Source: Methanothermobacter thermautotrophicus str. Delta H
GTDB taxonomy: Archaea > Methanobacteriota > Methanobacteria > Methanobacteriales > Methanothermobacteraceae
Direction: 5' to 3'
DNA length: 32,000 bases
NCBI RefSeq assembly: GCF_000008645.1
Contig: NC_000916.1
Span: 455,594 to 487,593, forward strand
The position numbers and the translations under genes were made by a program. The notes under the pieces were generated by a model. That model did no database searches. It was not told where the DNA came from and saw nothing but the letters and a program-made list of their open reading frames with translations. This document shows, in pieces, positions 26,358 through 32,000 of this stretch (positions within the stretch are counted from its first letter, which is position 1; each line of letters starts with the position of its first letter).

Positions 26358-27014
26358 TCAGGCCGATGACTTAACCACAAACATGCCGGGCTTCCTTGAG
26401 GTCGGGTGGTATATCTTGTTGTAGCCACTGTAGCTGTAGTCAACCCAGCGCCCTCCACTGTACACCTGTACAGTGCGGTGACGTGGTGACATGCTTGTGG
26501 CGTACTGTATTATACGCACCTTCTTCCCGGCTGATGTGAGTTTCCTGTATAAATATTCACTCATGGCCCAGCAGTCCCCTATGTTAGGATCATAGCGGTA
26601 TGTGCTGGTTCTGTAGGCGGCCCGCACCCGCTTCTTCTTGTAGTACTTCTTTGAGTACCTCTTCTTCACACTGGTACGGTATGTCGCCCTGACCTTCTTT
26701 CTGTAGGTCTTCTTGTACTTCTTGTACTTCTTGTACTTCTTGTACTTCTTGTACTTCTTGTACTTGTATGCGGCGTCAACCTTTACAGGTTCGGCCTTTA
26801 TATTTTCAGTTTTTGTTACTATTTTTGCGTTTTCTGTTCCAGTATTTACTGCCTCACTGATGGGCACTGAACCCACAGTGAACATCAGTGCAAAGAGCAC
26901 TGTGACTGCTTTGAATCGCGTAATTTTATCGCCTCCAATGTCCAATACTAACCCTAAGGTCACTAAGGACACTGAGTCAATGGTTACATCATCATGGTAT
27001 ATAAATGTTTCCAT
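26358..27014 (-). CDS. Secreted, highly basic (YKK)6-repeat protein with a C-terminal transglutaminase-like Cys-His-Asp core
   Basis: The maximal ORF is 218 aa. ATG 27014 lies at or upstream of the TATA box (26998-27005), so the real start is probably downstream, for example TTG 26945. That start gives MDIGGDKITRFKAVTVLFALMFTVGSVPISEA, a signal peptide. The middle section reads YKYKKYKKYKKYKKYKKYKKTYRKKVRATYRTSVKKRYSKKYYKKKRVR. The C-terminus reads GDCWAMSEYLYRKL...PRHRTVQVYSGGRWVDYSY. Confidence 0.7.
   Translation of the reverse strand: METFIYHDDVTIDSVSLVTLGLVLDIGGDKITRFKAVTVLFALMFTVGSVPISEAVNTGTENAKIVTKTENIKAEPVKVDAAYKYKKYKKYKKYKKYKKYKKTYRKKVRATYRTSVKKRYSKKYYKKKRVRAAYRTSTYRYDPNIGDCWAMSEYLYRKLTSAGKKVRIIQYATSMSPRHRTVQVYSGGRWVDYSYSGYNKIYHPTSRKPGMFVVKSSA
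26709..26762 (-). repeat. Perfect in-frame 9-bp tandem repeat x6 (minus strand TACAAGAAG = Tyr-Lys-Lys)
   Basis: On the plus strand, cttcttgta repeats six times without a mismatch from 26709 to 26762, followed by a partial copy cttgta. Confidence 0.95.
26998..27005 (-). promoter_or_regulatory. TATA box (minus strand TTTATATA) for the YKK-repeat gene
   Basis: The minus strand reads AACATTTATATACC. The predicted TSS lies around 26975, upstream of the in-frame GTG 26972, GTG 26963 and TTG 26945. Confidence 0.4.
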
Positions 27015-27377
27015 AAAATAAAAGCTCTCTGAGCTTCTTTAATCAAAAAAAGCCACCAGAATCCTTTTCTAATATCTGAATACTCTTTGAGAATCCATGA
27101 CACGTTATTTAATGAGATGGGTCCTTAGGGAATCCCATTTAAGGTTTGGGACAAAAAGCACTGGCCAATAGAAAAGCAGTGCATAAGACAAATCCGCTAT
27201 AAAGAGCCATTCAAATGCCCCATTCGTGTTAAAAGAAGATCCAGAAGGTTTAATGGGTTAAAAACAAGGCCATACTTGAAATTTGAATTTAGAATTCTTC
27301 TGATGGTTTAAATAACCTTAAAACCCGTTTTAAATCCTCAAAATTAAAAATAGAATTATTTTAATGGTACTGAAAGC

Positions 27378-29891
27378 TCAGCCGGTCTTTTCTATGATGG
27401 ATGTGCCGTCAGACTTTTCAACCCTGTAGATATGGTCTGCAAGGTTTTCAAGTTCCTCCTCATGGGATACCAGGATTATCTGTCTGGATTCAAGTTCATC
27501 GAAGATGTCCCTGAGCTTGTAGAGCTGCTCCTTGCTGAATCCATCGGTGGGTTCGTCCAGTATAAGTATGTCCGACCTCACATCGGTGAGACGCTGGACC
27601 ACCATGTTCAGTGCAAGCCTGTATGCAAGGGCTATGCTGGTCCTTTCACCACCACTGAGGTATTCAAGGTTCTGCTCATAGCCGTCCTGCTCAACGATGG
27701 GTGTGAAGTCCTCATCGATCCTCACGGATTTACCGGGGTCATCCACCAGGACCCTGAACCATTTCTGGAATCTCTCATTGAACTCATGGTTTATCTGTGC
27801 CATCACGTGGGTCTCGATGTCATCCATTGCAGGGATGAAGTATTCATTGAGCCAGGTCACATAGTTCCCCAGTTCCCGGGCACGTTTCCTGAGTTCTCTC
27901 TTTTTAGCAATTTCAGACTCAAGGTTACCAATCTGTCTCTGCTTCTCCTCGATTTTTCCTTCAACTGCAGCCCTTCTGTCTCTTTTTTCATCCCGAAGAT
28001 TTTCCATTTCACAGATACTCTGGGTTAGATCATGTATACTGGACTCAACTTCATCCCTGTTTTTGAGTGCCTCTTCATTTTCCCTGATTTTAGCTCTCTT
28101 TTCAGCGATGTTACTCTCATTTTCATCAATTTTCTTTAGGTTATCTCTGTATTCCCTGCTGGTTTCAGGGTTGAGTTCAGTGATCCTGGTCCTGAGCTGA
28201 TCCATCCTCCCGGATGCTGCTGCAAGTTTACTGGAGTATCCTGATTCCATTTCACGGAGGGATTTCAGTTCATGCTCCACCTTATTGAAGTCAGATTCCG
28301 CATCCTTCAGTTCTTCAATGAGCTTCTCACTCTCAGCTTTACCCTCCTCAATCTGCCGGATCCTTTCTCTGATATTATCAAGACTTTCGCGTCTTCTGTG
28401 GCATTCCTTAATCCGTTTTTCAAGGTCCTCCCTGAGTAACCTCAGTTCCTCCCGTGACCTTTTATACTCTGCGATGCGCTTCATGAGTTCATTCTTATTC
28501 ATGATTTCATTTCTGAGATCTGCTATCCTTGATTCAACCGATCCTTTTCTTTCACGGGCACTGCTGAGTTTATCATTTATGTAGTCTGGATTAACCTCCT
28601 GGTCACATGTTGGACATACGCCCCTCCTTCCGATGGACTCATAGTCCTCTATCTTTCCATGTATCCCCCCGAGTTCCTGCTGGAGATCCGACACCTCAAC
28701 CTCAAGTTTTCTTATCCCGGCTTCAACTTCATCCTCCGTGTATCCCGGGTCCTCAATGGACTCCATACTCTCTATTTTTGATTTTATCCTGTCAGTATAA
28801 TCCTCAAGCCCGGATATTTCATCCTCTAAATCCCTTCCTGTCTTAATAAGATTTTCAAGTTCACTGACAAGGTTTCTGTATTGGATTGAAGCCTCCCTGA
28901 ACCTCCGGGAGTCATCCATGAGGGATTCCCTTTTCAGCTCAAGGGCACTGATCCTTTCTCCCAGTGAATTCAGTTCCTCCTGAAGCTTTTCCCTGATATC
29001 ACTGCATTTCTGAAGTTCATCAAGGGATCTCCGGTATTCCTCCTCTATACTCCTGTTCCTTTCCATGAGTCTCTCTGAGGATGATCTGAGGGTTTCTATT
29101 TCATTTTGAAGCGATTCTATTTCCCTTTCAGCACTCTCAATCCGGTTTTTCTCTCTCTGAAGAACTTCCATCTCTGATTTCAGTTTAGCTATCTCTGCCT
29201 CGATTCCTTCAATATCACTGTCAAGCTGCTTCTTCTCTGATTCCAGTTTCTCCTTCTCCCCCAGGAGTCCTTCAAGTTCCCTCTTCTTATCTTCAAGATC
29301 ATAGGACCTGTCTTCTAGGCTCTCTGATTCTCTCCTTATTCTCCTGGAAACCAGATTTGCATTATCAGCCGCCCTGCTGTACTTTTCAAGGTCAAAGGCC
29401 TTCCTGAGCCTTTCAAGCCGGTCATTCTTCGGGGCCTCGATTATGCTCTTCATCTGCTCCTGTGGTGTGAAGACAGCATAACGGTATATCCTGCTCCTGG
29501 CCCTTGGATTAAGGGGCTCCCTGTACCCTAGGATCTCAAGTACCTCGGCCTTCAGTTCCTTTGCAGAGAGTTTCTTCACCACCCCCTGTTTTCTGATGTA
29601 GAGTTCGCCCTGCTGAACCCCCGATGATCCCCTTTTGAGTTCCCTGTAAACCGTGTACTCCTCTCCATCAACGGTGAATGTGAGTTTGACTGAACCTGAA
29701 TTTGATGTGGCCCTCAGGAGGCTGTCACCCCTCTGGTCACCCAGACCGAAAAGGGCGAATTCCACTGCAAGGAGCAGGGTTGTCTTTCCTGAACCTATAT
29801 CTCCCTCGAAGAGGGTCACTCCATCATCAAACTCAACCCTTCCAGACTCATAGCTCCTTATGTTCTTAAGTTCAAGGGATCTGATGATCAA
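27378..29891 (-). CDS. rad50: DNA double-strand break repair ATPase Rad50
   Basis: This is an 837-aa ORF. It has the Walker A motif [11 protein letters not shown], a very long coiled coil, the zinc hook GVCPTCDQ, the signature [17 protein letters not shown] and the Walker B motif ILILDEPT. The TTG start overlaps the mre11 stop (ACTTGATC). Confidence 0.95.
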
Positions 29892-31144
29892 GTACCATCA
29901 CCCCCCAGATCAAGACCCAGGACATCCCCGGCATCCTCGATGATTCTCTTCTCATATTCGCTTTTGTTCTCACCGGGAGCCTTCTCATTCTCAAGTCTTC
30001 TGAGGAGTTCAACCGCAATGGAATCCCCCTCCTCCATGAGCCTCCTGTTCCTGATGTCCAGTCCTGCAAGTTTCTCCCTGAAGATCCTCCTCTCCAGCCG
30101 GGGCACGTCACTCTCCACCACCCTCACCTTCTGGATCTCACGGGTGCTGAGGCCATACCTGTTTATCTGGACAACACGGGCCCCCATCGACTCAAGTTTT
30201 TCCCTTATACTCGCTGAATCTATGTCAGATGTCCTTCCTGAGCTCAGCTCACCACGGATCTTGAGCATCACAACCTTCCCGGTAACATCATGACCTGCTA
30301 TCTCCCGCCCTATCTGGTGGTATGCGTCCTGGGAGTTCTTACCTGTGACATCACATTCAATGTACTCGAATTCAGCGGGCCTTATCTCCCGGAATTCAGG
30401 TTCCCTGGCCCTATCAGTGAATTCGACCAGGTAGTACCCCCTGGTCTCGCCCCTGGCGTTCTCCTCGAGGTCACCGGCGTATGAACCAAAGAGTGTCCCC
30501 GGGTACACTATGGGACCGTAGCCCTCCTCAATATAACACCCCTTCCGGTGTACGTGGCCACCTGCGTAGTACTCGAAGCCCCTGGGGAAGAGGTTGAGGT
30601 CCACCGATTCCATATCTGCAAGGTCAACCGGTTTGAACTGGGTTATGGCACTGTGGAATAGGAATATCCTGAATCCGTCCTCGGCCTCAAGGGCCTCCCT
30701 GTCAAGCTTCATGAAGTATTCAGCCTCAAGGGTCCTTGATCTGCCTGATAGTCCTGTGATCTTTGCACCGGTCTTCTCATCCACCGTGAACTCAAGTCCA
30801 AGCTTCTTACCAGGGATGGGACGTACGACCTTATCTATCACCCCGGCACTTTCAAGGATGTCTATCATGGATGTGCTGGATGGACTGTAGTCGTGGCTCC
30901 CATAGTTGACGTATATGGGGACCCCCGCCTCCCTTACCCTCCTGAGTTCAAGGGTGGCCCTCTTGACAGTCTCCATGTTGGGGATGTTGGAGTGGAAGAG
31001 GTCCCCTGCTATTATCATGAAGTCAACATCCTTCTGAAGTGCATCGTCCAGGGCCATCCTGAAGGCCTCAAATTCAAGTTCCCTGAGGTCCGGGTGTTTC
31101 TGGGCCCCCAGGTGGCAGTCTGAGAGGTGTGCGAATCTGTACAT
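29888..31144 (-). CDS. mre11: DNA double-strand break repair nuclease Mre11
   Basis: ATG 31144 opens [13 protein letters not shown] (motif I). It then carries IAGDLFH (II), NYGSHD (III), FLFHSAI (IV) and AGGHVH (V), for 418 aa in total. In the track this gene is the C-terminal two-thirds of a 612-aa ORF, because the upstream HerA frame has no stop codon. Confidence 0.9.
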
Positions 31145-32000
31145 GCTCAAACCTACCCGATAAAACTCAATCATATCATCATCAGTATCCTCTGATTCCA
31201 GCCCCGCCGATTCAATGAACTCCTCAAAGAGGGGTATCTTCACAGGGACTGCGAACTTTGTGAATATGCTGCTCACTATGGCCTCACCCTTATCCAGACT
31301 TGCTATTGTCCTGTTATCAGCTGAAAGGTCCTGTGAGGCACTTCCTATTATCTCGGCCCTCTCCTGGGCCATCTCATTTCCCAGGATTATCTTGGTGTTC
31401 ATGTTGGCAAGGACCGTCCTGGGTATCAGGCTGACGAGCTGGGTTATTGCAATGAGGCCTATGTTGAATTTACGCCCCTCCCTGGCTATGGTGCTGTAGA
31501 TGTTGTTTCCCTGCCTCTCAATGACCTCCTTTCCAAGGACGCGGGGGGCCTCCTCTATGACTATCCCTATGACCGGTTTTCGTCTGAGTTCCCCTGTGGC
31601 CTTGTACTGCTGGTACCTCCTGAAGATCTCGGCTGAGATGACACTGCCCACCAGGAGCTCAGCCTCTCCCATGAGCCTTGAGGTGTCCACCACAACGATT
31701 CTTTCCATCCTCAAGGCTGGCTGCAATGTCCTTTATGGTTGACTCACCACCACGCTCCCTGAAGACTCCTCCACGTGACTTTATTTTGCCGTCATCAAGG
31801 TGCACTCCGAGGATGACGTCAAAGATCCTCCGCAGCACATTGAGTGTCACCGGCTGTACACCGGGGAGTTCCTCCCCTTCCACGATCTTCAGGATCCATC
31901 CATCCCCGTATTCATTGTAGTACCTTGCAATCGCCTGTTCCTGTGCCTGTGTGAATGGTATTATACCCTCAAAGTGCTCGGGGCGGAGTGATCTGAGGTT
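31145..32000 (-). CDS. herA: HerA-like (FtsK/HerA superfamily) ATPase, C-terminal part; the 5' end is outside the window, the frame is interrupted near 31697-31725, and there is no stop before mre11
   Basis: The frame entering at 32000 reads ...[46 protein letters not shown] and stops at 31659. The adjacent frame reads (R)IVVVDTSRL...[14 protein letters not shown] (Walker B), then [37 protein letters not shown]...[10 protein letters not shown], a typical HerA C-terminal half. It then runs through ...[13 protein letters not shown] directly into the Mre11 ATG. Confidence 0.75.

Noticed and set aside
26201-26458. An 85-aa minus-strand track ORF spanning the terminator region and the 3' end of the YKK-repeat gene.
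   Set aside because: It overlaps the better-supported 26358..27014 gene out of frame, crosses the T9 terminator, and has no RBS.
26709-26762. I considered whether the 9-bp tandem repeat, or any other periodic sequence in the window, could be a CRISPR array.
   Set aside because: The units are contiguous 9-mers with no spacers and are in frame within a coding sequence. No 25-40 bp repeat/spacer periodicity was seen anywhere in the window, and there are no cas genes.
27014-27014. ATG 27014 as the start of the YKK-repeat protein (METFIYHDD...).
   Set aside because: The codons immediately after this ATG are themselves the TTTATATA box on the minus strand. The first 23 or so residues lack signal-peptide character, whereas a start at TTG 26945 yields a canonical signal peptide. 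I kept the maximal coordinates in the feature but do not believe the ATG is used.
27015-27377. I checked the 360-bp AT-rich spacer after rad50 for a small RNA or small protein gene. It contains an imperfect hairpin ATGGGTCC-TTAG-GGAATCCCAT near 27116-27137 and a 24-codon ATG ORF.
   Set aside because: The hairpin is short and imperfect, and the ORF has no RBS and an implausible composition. The region is adequately explained as the rad50 terminator plus the promoter of the next gene.
1-32000. I looked for evidence that any part of the window is a prophage, an integrated element or an IS.
   Set aside because: I found no integrase, transposase, terminal inverted repeats, tRNA attachment site or phage structural gene. 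The AT-rich stretches coincide with ordinary promoter and terminator spacers.

Overview
The window looks like a densely packed archaeal chromosome. It has about 30 protein genes, Shine-Dalgarno-like GGAGG/GGTGA sites, AT-rich spacers with TTTATATA boxes, and oligo-T terminators. The gene content points to Methanobacteriales, most likely Methanothermobacter; this is inference from pseudomurein-type Mur ligase paralogs, a pseudomurein-binding repeat, and an MTH538-like TIR-fold protein. Left to right, the window contains the following genes. (1) An SF1 UvrD-like helicase is translationally coupled to a Cas4/AddB-like Fe-S nuclease fused to HEAT repeats. (2) A divergently transcribed uncharacterised protein follows. 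(3) A roughly 1,490-aa CobN/ChlH-like protein appears to be surface-tethered. (4) A CARF-wHTH (Csa3-like) regulator sits in an operon with an archaeal AAA ATPase. (5) A block of small zinc-ribbon, membrane and envelope proteins comes next. (6) A DUF169 mini-operon follows. (7) A long minus-strand operon carries three Mur-ligase paralogs, a VanW-like protein and a MobA-like nucleotidyltransferase. (8) The rest of the middle section holds a class-III-signal (pilin-like) protein, MsrA, a two-subunit 2-oxoacid:ferredoxin oxidoreductase, a stand-alone TIR-like protein, and a secreted (YKK)6-repeat transglutaminase-like protein. (9) The window ends with herA(partial)-mre11-rad50. I found no rRNA, tRNA, CRISPR array, transposase or integrase. 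At least ten reading-frame breaks occur, mostly 1-nt indels at short homopolymers, which split otherwise clearly single genes. Two gene pairs (Mur ligase B/C and HerA/Mre11) lack an intervening stop codon. I read the frame breaks as probable sequence or assembly errors and give gene-level coordinates accordingly. The most interesting candidates for unexplored biology are the helicase/nuclease-HEAT pair with its divergent neighbour, the CARF-wHTH+ATPase operon, the extracellular CobN homolog, and the extended pseudomurein ligase operon.
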